A stretch of 64,000 nt of DNA, from contig NC_058368.1 in NCBI RefSeq assembly GCF_018350175.1, positions 233,866,001 to 233,930,000 on the forward strand, written 5' to 3'. The notes beneath the pieces were generated by a model. It was not told where the DNA came from. It made no database searches and saw nothing but the letters and a program-made list of their open reading frames with translations. The position numbers were made by a program, and so were the translations under genes. The DNA comes from Felis catus. Lineage: Eukaryota. Of the stretch, positions 1-12,360 are shown piece after piece. How positions within the stretch are numbered: the stretch's first letter is position 1; every line of letters starts with the position of its first letter.

Positions 1-29
1 AACGTTTTTCAGTGACCTGGAAATTTCCA

Positions 30-650
30 GTTGAAATTGTCTCCTAACTAGTCTTCCCACATCACCCTCCCTCCCCGGCCCCATTTCTGTTTTCGACACA
101 CTCTGGGATCCTTGTACAAGACGCGTCAGACCTCGCTCCTCGCGCTCCTCCCCGACGTCCCGCCAATAGTTTCACGGGCCATGGGGAACAGCAGCTAAGC
201 CCTTAGAATGTCCCCCAGAGGGATGGAGTGACCCCTGAGGGATGGAGTGGCCCCCGTGTGGTGGGACCACCTACAGCAATCTGGCTCCACCCATTCCCCC
301 CTGCCTCACTCCACACCAGCCTCACTGGCTCCTCTCTGATCTCGCAAATCAGGCCCACGTTGTCTCAGATGTTGGCACAGACCATTCCCTTGTCCTGTCC
401 TTCACTTCCCAGACATCCACCTGGCTCCCTCCCACACTTCCTTCTGGTCTTTGTTCAAATACCACCTTCTCAAACCACGCTCCCTCACACCCTCTTTAAA
501 GGGGCCTCAGAGCCCGACCTGTGCACTCCACTTCTGCCGTAGTCTTTCTGTTTTCCTCCGCAGATCATCCCAACATGATTAATTTGTTTTATCACGGCCA
601 TTATTTACTGTCAGTTTCTATCTACGAGGAGCAAGGGATCTTTTCTGATG
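30..650 (+). mobile_element. L2 LINE 3' relic
   Basis: CT-rich degenerate sequence resembling the L2 3' region (e.g. ctggtctttgttcaaataccaccttctc; gaggagcaagggatctttt). Boundaries approximate. Confidence 0.55.
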
Positions 651-1449
651 TGCACGACGGCAGGTGGAAATGCAACTGTCAGACTGATCAATTCATTCAT
701 CTTTTCTTTGCATCCAAGGGACGTACCGATGACGATGTCAGAGGTCAACAAGGAGAGGAACACAATGGAGCCTAAAGTCTGTGCAGGGCTACCTTTAATA
801 ATGATGGTATCTTCTAGAAGACAAGCTGCTTTTTTGAAGCCGGCTGTCAACATCACAGAAACCTCTGCTTTTGGATCCTGGTTGCCTTTCGGTGTTACTG
901 GCTGCCTTCCCCCCAGCGGTATTTCCATCACCACCCTCCCTGTCTCACATAAAGAGTAGTGCTCACAAAGTCATGCCAGCCGGCGTCACGTCTCCAGTGT
1001 CTCAGGTTTTTTCCCACGTGAGCACCCGAGCATGCACAGACTTCAGTATGACCGTATGCAGCCTCTGCAAACACAGAGATTCAAGATCGAAGAGGAGTAA
1101 AGCAGCCCCCTCCGTGCGAAAGCTTCAGTAGCACGGGACACGTGCAATGGAAACTGATTTTGTGCGTCACAGTCTACACCACTCGGTCAGGGACTGGCTG
1201 CTACCTGCTCACCTGACTTGCCAGATCTCTGCACCACAGTCTTGACCGCAGCTGATTAGGCTCATTCCTTCAGGAACTCCTTCTTAACTTCTTAAGGGGT
1301 TCTTGAGTGTGTGCAATAATGCCAATATCAAGGATCAGATCTGAGCAACTGAATGTACAACATGCAATGAACTAATGCTAATTGAATGACCATAGCCTTA
1401 AGCACAAATATAACCATCCAGCCCTGGCAACAGAGCGGGTCTGGCACTT

Positions 1450-1570
1450 GCCTGACTGTTCTATCAGAATGAGAGCCTGGAAAGGGGTTGGGTTTGTCTT
1501 GTTCGTCCCTGGGTCTCTGGGCAGCAGAGCCTAGAAGGGCCTGAGTGACTGTTGCTGAGCGGATAAATCA
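1450..1570 (+). mobile_element. L2 3' end fragment
   Basis: agaatgagagcc...ggtttgtcttgttc...agagcctagaa...tgttgctgagcggataaat resembles the L2 terminus. Confidence 0.5.
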
Positions 1571-1599
1571 CTCCTCACTTGAGGGAAAGCCAGTGGTCT

Positions 1600-1770
1600 T
1601 ACCAGTTGAATCCGAATCCACATGGGTTCTTGCACTCGGCTCTGTGTGTAACTGCAGGTGAGTTACTTGTGCTTCCTGTGCCTCAGCTTCCTCAACTGTG
1701 ACCTGTGAATAATACTGTTTCCTGTCTCCCAAATAGGTGGTGAGGATGAGCTGTGTAATTATGTGGGGGA
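1600..1770 (+). mobile_element. MIR SINE
   Basis: MIR core-like sequence: gagttacttg...ctgtgcctcagcttcctcaactgtg...ataatac...gtgaggatga. Confidence 0.7.
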
Positions 1771-3852
1771 CCACTCGGGACCATATTCACTCTTTCTTTC
1801 CCAGTGTTATCTTTAGGGCCACAGAAACCTTTTCGGTGCCCTTTTCAGAAGGCAACCGACATTCTGAGGCCATGAAGCAGGCTTGATGAACAATCGTTAA
1901 TTGGAGGAAAATTGCCAAATGGCCGGCATAGGATTTCTTGCTAGTGTTTCAGTTTCTGCAAAGCTGGCCCTGGCCCCATTCTTGGCGGTTGGCCTTTTTC
2001 TGTCCCATCACCAATTGTGACTCATACGGGGCACCTATGATGGCACTTTCTACCCCTTGGACTGTGATGACCCTGGGCGATACTTTCCATCTGATGACCC
2101 TGCCCGGCCCTTCGTTTTGCCTTGACGGTCCTCCTGGACTGTTGTCTTTGCGCTCTGCCAACACCGTGCCTCTGTGTCACCTGTCACAGAGGAGACTTTC
2201 CCGCGTCTCTGTGCTCCTCTTGTTCTGCCATCGCTCACCCCAACTTCTCACCGACAGGCGTGTCACCCCATGTTGCACCAGGGTGTCCATTTCGACGTGA
2301 TAGGGCAGGTGCACAGTCACTGGGCTGCGTTCTTCGCCGTCCAGTCTCAAATTATGCTCTTTTCAGACTTCAAATAAGCAGTTGGCTCTGATAGTATTTA
2401 GCACACACCAGTTCTCATTGCCACTGAGTAATCAGCACTGCCAATTCTAGTAGACCTAGTAGAGAAAAAAGTTCTGAGTTTGAGTATCTGCAACAAGACT
2501 GTCCCTCGTCATTCGGAAGCCACTTACAAGAAACTCTGCCCTGCTCGGATTCTCCCAGGCTGCACAAGTGGGAGCTGGGGTCACAGGACCTTGGAGAGAC
2601 TTCCAGCAGTTACAGTGAAGAGTAGGGCTCACCTTGAGCTCCCTGTGGCTGGAGAACTACCCCTCATTTCATCAACTTGCTACAGTGACGTCCTCATAAT
2701 CTGTGCTGTGTTAGGTGACATGCATCCAAAGAAAGCTTGCAAGATGATAATAACAGTGGTAGACATTCTCTCCACCAATATAACTGAACTTGTTAGTGTA
2801 TGAGTGATATGTGAACTGAAGTGACAAATATCTTCAGAAGCAACCGAAATTGTATTAATGACTCAGCACGATTGGTTTCGATTAGTTACAAACAGTTGAG
2901 GAAATTATGTCTGGTACTCTATCAACATTATAAATTGTGTTTATATAAAAAAAATATTTTATTCCTAAGAGAAGAAAAAAGCTTCCAGTTAGTGCATTCA
3001 GAAAGTAACTGGTGGATAAATATATTTTAAGCCCTCATTCTTGCATAAATGATATTAAAAATATCCAATTATAAAGCAAAGGTGATTGAGTAGCCCAGAG
3101 TAAATTAGCAATTAAGTCTCCTCCAATGAATAGCTCTAAGACTTCCTCCAAAATTAAAAAATTGTCAAGTGAAATGTCAGAAATGTACCACGTTTATTTG
3201 AAAATCAATTCGGTTATTAAATATTAATTTTATTTTCTTTTAGGTGTCTATAATTTTAAGCAAAATATTTCATGAATAATGTATATTCTGTTATCAAAAA
3301 CTAATCATGCATAGTTTGGAATCAGTGCCTCTATTTCCACAACACAGAATGTTCTAAACCCTAATACAGTGATAACGACAAAACCGGATAAATGTACAGT
3401 TGGTTGAAGAGTTGTGTAAGAAATTTAATGAGATTTCTAGGGATCTTTAACTTGGATGCTTCCTGAAGATATATTATAAATAATGCAAGTAACTTACCTA
3501 TTTTGTGAGCTCCCTTCTGCATGGAGGGGGGATAATAGAGATTGGCCTTCAAGGACTAAGCCACTGAAGGATAACATAAGAATGAAAACCACATATTGAA
3601 ATGTGGTGAGATTACTATATCCAAACACAATGATGATTTATAGAATCTGCATCCACTCATCACATGCCCTCCCCCTCACAAGTACTTTATGGGTATGGAC
3701 TCATTTAAGCACAGAAAGAAATGATTTGGCATCAAGAGAGCAGACAAATGCCTGGGAGTAAGGCAGCACTTTTGAAAAGAGAGATCAGGATCAGGCTAGC
3801 CACAAATAGGGCCTTTGGGAATGGAAACCACAATGAGCTTTCCTCGTGACAA

Positions 3853-3952
3853 TACAGAATATATTCCAAATACTATTCTCACATTACTGTTGTGGAGTCA
3901 CATGTACAGAATATATTCCAAATGCTATTCTTGCGTTACTATCATGGAGTCA
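3853..3952. repeat. 52-bp-period tandem duplication
   Basis: tacagaatatattccaaat...tggagtca occurs at 3853-3900 and 3905-3952, with 7 transition differences. Confidence 0.9.
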
Positions 3953-4164
3953 TAGGATCATATCTATGTACTCAGATTTTGAGACGTGGAAGTGAATCTG
4001 TATTTTGCAACTTAAGAAAGACAAGAAGGACTGGAAAGATTTTGGTGAAGAAATCTAAAAACTATTCATGGATTTAGGGGGGAAAAGGCAGTTTCCTGAA
4101 GAAAGGAATAATTTAGCCTTAAGAAGAAAAGACTGTGGGAATATGATGTGCACTTAGTACAATA

Positions 4165-4444
4165 TCTCTCTCCCTCTCTCTCATCTGTATCTATCTATCC
4201 ATGTGTCTATTATCTATCTAATATATATGATATACTTCATATGCACAATATATATGTATACCAAATATATTTATATATTTATTTTATTAATATTATATAT
4301 AAATATATCTATCTGTACATATATGTACATCAGATACAGTACCTATATACTATATATTTATATATTTATTTTATTCATATTATATATCTCTGTGTATATA
4401 TATATCTGTATATGTATCTGTGTGTGTGTGTGTGTGTGTGTGTG

Positions 4445-4480
<36 letters not shown>

Positions 4481-4505
4481 TACATATATATATATCTGTA
4501 TATCA
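4165..4505. repeat. AT-rich compound microsatellite containing (TG)13-TATA-(CA)15
   Basis: Directly visible (TA)n-rich tract with abutting TG and CA runs. Confidence 0.95.
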
Positions 4506-4621
4506 AGGTTGGGGGGATAGAAATGTATTTGAGAGTGACCAGATATTACATTAATACACTAAAATGGAAAATGGTAGAATCTTTTCCTTTCCATCAGTGT
4601 CTTTAAAAATAGAGTGAACTA

Positions 4622-4826
4622 GGGGCGCCTGGGTGGCTCAGTCGGTTGAATGTCCGACTGCGGCTCAGGTCACGATCTCACGGTCCGTGAGTTCGAGCCC
4701 CGCGTGGGGCTCTGGGCTGATGGCTCAGAGCCTGGAGCCTGCTTCCGATTCTGTGTCTCCCTCTCTCTCTGCTCCTCCCCCGTTCATGCTCTGTCTCTGT
4801 CTCAAAAATAAATAAACCTTAAAAAA
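4622..4826 (+). mobile_element. Can-SINE (SINEC_Fc-like)
   Basis: ggggcgcctgggtggctcagtcgg head, B-box gttcgagccc, CT tract and A tail. TSD aaaaatag(a/g)gtgaact at 4605-4620 and 4827-4842. Confidence 0.97.
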
Positions 4827-6310
4827 AAAAATAGGGTGAACTCCCATCCATTTGGCGTAAATGTGGATATGTCCTGAGATAATAGAATAGCTGCTATGAC
4901 CCTTTGCTACCCTTTCTCTCTCTCTGTGAACCTATACTTCTCTGGTTATACATTCCTTTTATCAGAACAAGTCAATAAAATTGTCTATAAACAAAAACAA
5001 GCTTTCCTTCCTACCTACTTTGGCTCAACTGGGACAAATAACTGCCTACCCAACATTCTTCTTGGCTCCTTTTTTGAAATTAAAAAAAAAAAAAATCAAT
5101 AGCAAGAATGCTCTTTTGACTGGTGCAAAACACCTCAACTAATTGCAGGAGAAAAGCAAGTTCTCCGAAATCAGTCGTTGGGGAACATCCTGCAGGCCTG
5201 ACGATTTGGCGTGTGACGGTGAGAGTCCCTCTTCTCTATTAGTCCCAACACGGAGGCGCACGGATATCGCGTCTCCAAGTTCAGAGAGGGAAGGAAAATG
5301 AAACTCCCTTTAGCAGCCTCAGTTCCCTGAGTCCGTCAAGTGTCTAAGGCCCATTTCCTGTGCCAGTGCAAGTAGAGCGTGCTCACCAGAGTGTGAGAAA
5401 TTAGGGCGAAGGGAGTGAAGGAGAGTGTACAGAGATGCATCTCCTTCTGCCTCCAAAACGTGTACTCTTCAGACCGGTGCCACGCTACTTAAGTCTACAC
5501 GGGTTCTGCAAAGCACGTCACGTTGATGACTGATCGGTGATTACATGCGCTCTGGGGAAACTGCAGGGGCATTGCGACATCTCGTTTGCCCTTTTAGCCT
5601 ATCAGCCATGACACCTTGGTCTTTGCAATCCTTTCTTGTAGCCTTATTCCCCCCCGCAAATAATTGCCTGCGAACTATTACTTCTCTGCAGGTAAACCTC
5701 CCTTCCTGTCTCCTCCAGAAAATTCCCTGATTTTACTGGGCTCTTTTAGCCCTTTCCCGCAATTAACGTGAGCTGAACCATTCATCGGTATATTGGTGCA
5801 AAGAACAGTTTTATGGGATGTGAAATTACTAATGATGTGTAGATTTCAAGCTTCAATTTTCACCTGTTTGAGAACAAAGTCTCTGTGCTGAACAAACCCT
5901 TCACAAGAACAATCATAAGGTCAAAAAAAGATAGCTAATCCAGAAAAAATAGTCTACATTTTAACAATTGAGATGCAAGTGAAAACACATCACAAGGGGG
6001 AAAAATCTCTATAATAAGGTAGCAATGAATTGTAAATACAGCATAGATACAATTAGAGGAATATAATATTAGGAATATAAACAAATTAATTATCTTTCCA
6101 AGAGTTTTTGAATCACTTTTTGGGGGGGTTTCACTTGTTTTACCCCACCTGGAAAAAAATTTTTTTTAGTTATTCTTGAAATCAGTGGCAATTAGATATT
6201 CTTGTTCAATTAAAAATTGTCTACAGATACAGAATAGGATTTATTCCCAAGTCACTGATATGAGAGAAAGCTATGAAGATAATTTTTGTTTTCTATTCAT
6301 TAAAGGTTGG

Positions 6311-6530
6311 GGGTTTTGTTTGTTTGTTTTGTTTTGTTTTGAGAGAGAGAGCACAAATACACACATACATGCCCATGGGGGAGAAGTGGAGGCAGGGGGA
6401 GAGAGAGAGACAGAGACAGAGACAGTTTTAAGCAGACTCCACACTCAGTGCAGAGCCTGACTCAGAGTTCTCCCTCACCACCCTAGGATCATGACCTGAG
6501 CTGAAATCAAGAGTCAGTACCCAGGTGCCC
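6311..6530 (-). mobile_element. Older Can-SINE with internal deletion removing the A-box
   Basis: Reverse-complement SINE body. TSD ttaaaggttgg at 6300-6310 and 6531-6541. Confidence 0.85.
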
Positions 6531-7159
6531 TTAAAGGTTGGAATTTTAATTTTTTTTCTTTATAGATCTTCTAAAAACCTATCTATTGTTTTGAAAGTTT
6601 GGGAGTCAATAAATGCCAACTTTTCCCTGGAGTTGGTGGGAATCCTCCTCAGATCGAGTCTTTGTGCAGAAACCTACCATTTGTCTTTGATCCGGGTCTC
6701 CGGGCAGTGAACGGGAGAGAAAAGAAAACGTGACTTAACAGGGAAAGCAATTATGTCAATGCACATCCCACTTGGTGAGGCCAGCTGTAGAGTCAAGTGA
6801 CATGTGCGGGTATACAGAATATCGTGTTTCTGAGATAAGAAAAACTGACATAAATGAAGGCTGCATTGAAAATATCTGACCGATCTTGGGAGGAATTTGA
6901 AGGCTACTCTTACTACCTCCTCAGAGTCTTGAGGAGGTAATATACACAAAGGAGTCATCAATGTTTCAAAACAATTCATGTCTGTTTTATACCTTTCAAG
7001 GAGCTTTCATAGTTTTTAGAGGCAGTGGATCCTTTCTTGTGTTCCATCATAGTTTGGGATTTTTAAAAAATGCAATCATTTCTTTAAAACCTGGAGTACG
7101 AGAAACTCCATCTTGGTGTGGAAAGCCCCTTTCTTTGTGTCTTTTTTTTCCTTTTTTCA

Positions 7160-8437
7160 GGTTTTTATTTAAATTCTAGTTAGCGAACATACACTGTAAT
7201 ATTGGTTTCAGGAGTAAAATTTAGTGATTCATCACTTACATACAACACTCAGTGTTCATCACACCAATACCTTAATACCCATCATGCCTTTGGCCCATCC
7301 CCTGCTCTCCTTAATACCCATCATGCCTTTGGCCCATCCCCTGCCCACCTTCCCTCTGATGATGGAGAGCCATCAGTCTCTTCTCTATATTTAAGAATCT
7401 GTTTTTTTGGTTTGCCTCCCTCTTCCCCCACCCCGTGTTCATCTGTTTTGCTTCCTTAATTCTACATATGAGTGAAATCGTATGGTATTTGTCTTTCTCT
7501 GATTGACTTACTTCCCTTAGCATAATACTTTCTAGCTCCACCCATGTTGTTGCAAATGGCAAGATATTATTCTTTTTTATGGCTTAGTAATATTCCATTG
7601 CATATATATACCATGTCTTCCTTATCTATCCATCAGTTGGTGGACATGTGGGCTCTCTCCACAGTTCGGCTATTGTTGATAGCACTGCTTTAAACACTGG
7701 GGTGCATGTGCCCCTTCGAATCAGTATTTTTGTATCCTTTGGATAAATATCTAGTAGTGCGATTGCTGGATCATAGAGTAGTTCTATTTTTAACTTTTTG
7801 AGGAACCTCCATACCGTTTTCCAGAGTAGCTGCACCAGTCTGCATTCCCACCGACAGAGTGAGAGCGTTTCTCTTTCTCTGCACCCTCGCCAACGTCTGT
7901 TGTTTCTCCAGTTGTCAATTTGAGCCACTCTGACAGGTGATCGCCCATTGTAGTTTTGATTTGTATTTCCCTGAAGGTAAGTGATGTTGAGCATCTTTTC
8001 CTCTGTCCTATTAGCCATCTGTGTGTCTTCCTTGGAGAAATGTCTACTTAAGTCTTCTGCCCATTTTGAATTAGATTACTCGTTTTTTTGGTGTTGGGTT
8101 TTATAAGTTCTTTACATATTTTGGATGCTAACTCTTTATCAGATATATTATTTGCAGATAACTCCCATTCCGAAGGTTGGCTTTTAATTTTGTTGATTGC
8201 TTCCTTCACTGCACAGAAGGTTTGTGCTTTGATGATACCCCAAAAGTTTAGTTTTGCTTTTGTTTCCCTTACCTTAGGAGATGTATCTAGTAAGAAGTGG
8301 CTACAGCTGATGTCAAAGAGGCTACTCTCCTTTTCTCCTCAAGATTTTGATGGCTTCCTGTCTTACGTTTAAGTCTTTCATCCATTTTGAATTTAATTTT
8401 GTGTATGGTGTAAGAAAGAGGTCCAGTTTCATTCTTC
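7160..8437 (-). mobile_element. Carnivore L1 3' fragment (ORF2 C-terminus and 3'UTR)
   Basis: Minus-strand ORFs 7311-7562 and 7626-8018 give L1 ORF2 C-terminal motifs ([38 protein letters not shown]). Carnivore-type 3'UTR. Confidence 0.95.
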
Positions 8438-8684
8438 TATTTCTGCCTTCTAAGGGAATTTTAGCGAGGAAAAGAGATAAAGGATAAGCAGAAACGTGGG
8501 GAGTACATACTTTGACCTTACTTACATTTAGATATTTTGACTTTTAGGACATACTTGTCCTTCACATGAAAAAAAAAAAAAGAATAAGATCGGCCAAAGA
8601 AGATTTAGAATTTTGTACTTGAAATGACTAGCAAACTTCTGGAAAGATATAAATAGGTTGAAAGCAAAAAGATGGAAGAAGACA

Positions 8685-9188
8685 TACCACAAATTGGGCA
8701 GTTTAGAACAGTTTTTTCAGATGATTCTTAAAATAGAAAGTTACCCTCTCTCACTTCTGGAGGCAAGAAATGCAATGTCAAGGTATTGCGAAGGGGCTGG
8801 TTCCGTTTGGAGGCTCCCGGGGACGATCATCTCTTATGTTTTCTGGTTCTGGTATCAGGGCTTCCTTGGCTTGTGACGACATCCCCCAGTCTCTCCTGGC
8901 GTCTTTCCAAGGCTGTCTTCCCTGGGCGTGTATGTGTGTCTTCACATGGTGTTTTCCTGTATGTGTGTGTGTGTGCACGCGTGCGTGTGTGTGTGTGTGT
9001 GTGTGTCTAAATTCCCCTCTTCTTCTAAGGCCATCAATCATTTTGGTTAGGAGTCCACCTGAATGGACCATCATCTTAACTTGCTTACGTCGACAAAGAC
9101 CCTGTTTCCAAACGTGGCCATATTCATCATATTCCAGAGATTAGGAAATCAACATATCTTCTGGGGAGACACAGGTCAACCCATACCA
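8685..9188 (-). mobile_element. MLT1-type MaLR solo LTR with internal (TG)n
   Basis: Ends gagacacaggtcaacccatacca, the reverse complement of the MLT1 5' start. Internal ctctcacttctggaggc motif. Confidence 0.8.
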
Positions 9189-9642
9189 GAATATGAGCGA
9201 AGGGAACTCAGCTTTTAACCATGTAGAACTGTTAGAAATGTATCGGAGGCCTTTTTACCTTGCGTAGGTACCACCGGTGACTTGGAACCCATCAGCTGGA
9301 CAGAAAATAAGGCTGCCTTAGAGGAAGCTGCCTGTGAAGCTCAGGAGGAACTTCAGTCTTCGCTTTGGCTCCCACTTTGCCATCAGATTGGCCTACTCTT
9401 CTTTCAGAGTGTCCTCACTAAGGCGCTACTTTGCGTTATCAATGAATGGATTTTACGAGATGAATACACAAAGCACATCTCTTTTCCTCTACGGCCTTTC
9501 TTCCTGCCTTCATTATTCGTATCTAATTGCATCAGTAGGAGACAGACAAGATCTTTGGCTTTTGGCTCAGCTGGGACCGACCAGTTCTGTTCTCAGCTAC
9601 CCAGCAAGAGCAGCCTCTGCCTTTAAATCTGCCAAGGCAATT

Positions 9643-9855
9643 GGGGTGCCTGGGTGGCTCAGTCGGTTGAGCATCTGACTTCGGCTCAGGTCATGATCTC
9701 GCGGTCTATGGGTATGAACCCCATGTCGGGTTCTGTGCTGACAGCTCAGAGCCTGGAACCTGCTTCAGATTCTGTGTCTCCCTGTCTCTCTGCCCCTGCC
9801 CTGCTCATGCTCTGTCTTTCTCCTCTTCAAAAATAAACATTAAAAATTTTTTTAA
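9643..9855 (+). mobile_element. Can-SINE
   Basis: Full head, body and tail. TSD taaatctgccaag(g/t)caa on both sides. Confidence 0.96.
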
Positions 9856-10063
9856 TTGCTTTAAATCTGCCAAGTCAAACAGCAACCGCCATGACTGAGT
9901 TACCTGTGTCCAGATTCAGAATTTATAGAAGTGGGGACACCACAAAGAAGCAGAGGAATGACCGAACGAGGAACGATCATGGCTCAATGTTTTATCTGTA
10001 GGATGTTTGGTTTTTCCAATGGACATCATCGGATTTACCTTCCAATCATGTCTAACCTTTCAG

Positions 10064-10194
10064 GGAAGAGTCCTGTCTCACCTGAGCTCTTTTCTTCAAG
10101 TTGTGTGGTTGAAAAGGAAGCAGCCATATTATCTTGACAGACCCCGACCCGCAGGTCCCAGAAACTGGCTGGAACAGGTTGTCAAGGAAAGCTG
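10064..10194 (+). other. Candidate spliced exon (131 nt), gene unknown
   Basis: Acceptor tctaacctttcag| and donor CTG|gtgagt in unique sequence. One open frame (GRVLSHLSSFLQVVWLKRKQPYYLDRPRPAGPRNWLEQVVKES) that I do not recognise. Confidence 0.3.
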
Positions 10195-10619
10195 GTGAGT
10201 CCAGATCCTGCCCCTTTGGCGCTGAGAGGGGTGGGCTCTGTCTCCAGCAGGCAAGGGCATTTGAAAGAATTCAATCTGACTTCTGTTGTACTTATTTTTA
10301 CATGCACTGTCTATAGGTGACAGATGATATCGGCTTTCTGTTTTGTGTTGTGACATAACAGTTCATTGAAACATAGTTAAGGAAGCAAGAGATTCAATTT
10401 CAAAACCAAAACAATGAAGTAAAAAAGAGGCACCGGAAGCGAGTGACCAAGCTTTGGAAAACATGGTGCTAGAGAATTGTTACCTCAACCTCTTTCTGTA
10501 GATCTACGTACACTCAAAACCCAGTCAGTTTTGGTATTTTGTGTGTTTCTAGTAACCTGCCTGTTTCCTTCCAAATCTTTTTTTTTGCTGCAAGTCAGAA
10601 AAGATTTCCCCGTCTTCAT

Positions 10620-12360
10620 TTTTTCATTCCTGAGTTTAACATTGGAGTCTTCTCTCTCTTTTTTTTTTTCCTGGTGAGTCTAACTAAAGGCTTATCCATT
10701 TGTTGATGCTTTTCAAAGAACCGACTTTTTCTTTTCTCAATTTTGTTTATCATTACTTTCTCTATTTCACTCATTTGCAGTCTAATCTTTAATATTTCCT
10801 TCCTGTTGCTTTCTCAGGTATAATTTCTCTTCTTTTTCTGGTGTCCTAAAGTGGAATATTTGTAATTGATTTGAGATCTTTCTTCTTTTCTAAAATATAG
10901 AGGTTTCCAGCTGTAAATTTCTCTCTAAGCCCTGCATTAGCCGCACTCCATGCCTTTGGTGGGTGGTGTCTTTGCTTCATTCCTATGCCAATATTTCCTA
11001 ATTTATCCTGTGATTTTTTTCTTTGATCTATCGGTTATTTAATTGTGTGTTGTTTAAATTTCCATGTAAATATAAATTTCCCCAATATTTTTCTGTTATT
11101 GGTTGGAGAATACACTTTGGATGACATTAATCACATAACTTTATTTAATTTGCCCTATGGTTTAAAAATGGTCTATCCTGGAGAATTTTTCATGTGCCCT
11201 TGAGGAAATGTGTATTTTTCTGTGTTTAGGTGGAATGTTCTAGACATGTTGGCTAGATTCATTTGATTTGCAGTGGATTTTTCTGCCCATCATTAAAAGT
11301 GAGATATTAAAGCTTCCAACTCTTATTGTTGAATTGTCTATTTCTCCTTTCAGATTTGCCATATTTTGCTTTATGTATTTGGGCAGCTTTGCTGTTATGT
11401 GCACCTGTTTACCATGGTTATATCTTACTGATGGATTTGATTCATTTATCACTATAAAATTTCCTTCTTTATCTCTAGCAACTTTTTTTTTTGCTTTAAT
11501 GTTTACTTTTTTTGATACTCTGGGTTTTTTATGGATGCTGTTTGCATAGGATATCTTTATTCATCGTTTTTTTTTTTTAAGCCTATTGGAATCTTTGAAT
11601 GAAAGTGTATCTCCTATAGACAGCATACAGTTAGTTGGGCTTTATTAAAAAAAAATTATGTCTATTTATTTTTGGGAGAGACAGAGTGTGAGTGGGGGAG
11701 AGCAGAAAGAGAGAGGGAGACACAGAATCTGAAGCAGGCTCCAGGCTCCGAGCTGTCAGCACAGAGCCTGACGTGGGGCTCCAACCCATGAACTGCAAGA
11801 TCATGACCTGAGCTGAGGTTGGATGCTTAACTGACTGAGCCTCCCAGGCTCCCTAGAGCCTTAATTTTTAATCCGGTATAATATGACAATCTCTGCCTTT
11901 TGCTTGGATTGTTTTGTACTTTCACACTTAATGTTATTAATATTGTTGGTTTATGTTTGCCATTTTCTTTTTGTTTTCTCTATGTCAAGGCTTTGTTGCT
12001 ATTGTTTCTCTGTTCCTCCTTTACTGCTTTCTTTTGAATTAAGTGAATCTTTTTAGGGCAATAATTTAATTTCTTTCATGATTTTTTTTACTATATTTTT
12101 TTGAGTAATTTTCTTGGTAATTGCTCTAAGACTTACTTATCAGAACCTATTTCAGATTTGTACTAATTTGTGTTTATACTAACGTGTATATATGTGCACA
12201 CACACAAATATCTTCTTCCCTTTTTCTGTGTGCTATTAGTAGTAAATATATTACATCTATAGGTATTATAAGCCTGACAGTACATTATTCTAATTACTAC
12301 TATATATAATTTTCTCTCTTTTAAAGACGCTGAGGCAAGAAAACAGAGCACAGACGTATT
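10620..12360 (-). mobile_element. Old L1M fragment (ORF2 endonuclease region and inter-ORF), interrupted by a SINE
   Basis: Minus ORF 11240-11452 contains KYIKQNMANLKGEIDNSTIRVGSFN, typical of the L1 endonuclease. T-rich antisense L1 composition. Confidence 0.88.
11655..11853 (-). mobile_element. Can-SINE inserted in old L1
   Basis: gagacacagaatctgaagcaggctccaggctccgagctgtcagcacagagcc...ctgactgagcc. Confidence 0.95.

Noticed and set aside
4148..4606. 152-aa Tyr/Ile-rich ORF
   Set aside because: It is a translation of the AT/TG/CA microsatellite.
4633..4815. Recurring MAQSV...SLEPASDSVSPSLSAPP peptides as a paralogous gene family
   Set aside because: They are translations of Can-SINE copies, not genes.
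7311..8018. Functional L1 ORF2 or a domesticated reverse transcriptase
   Set aside because: Only frameshifted C-terminal remnants are present. No intact L1 exists anywhere in the window.
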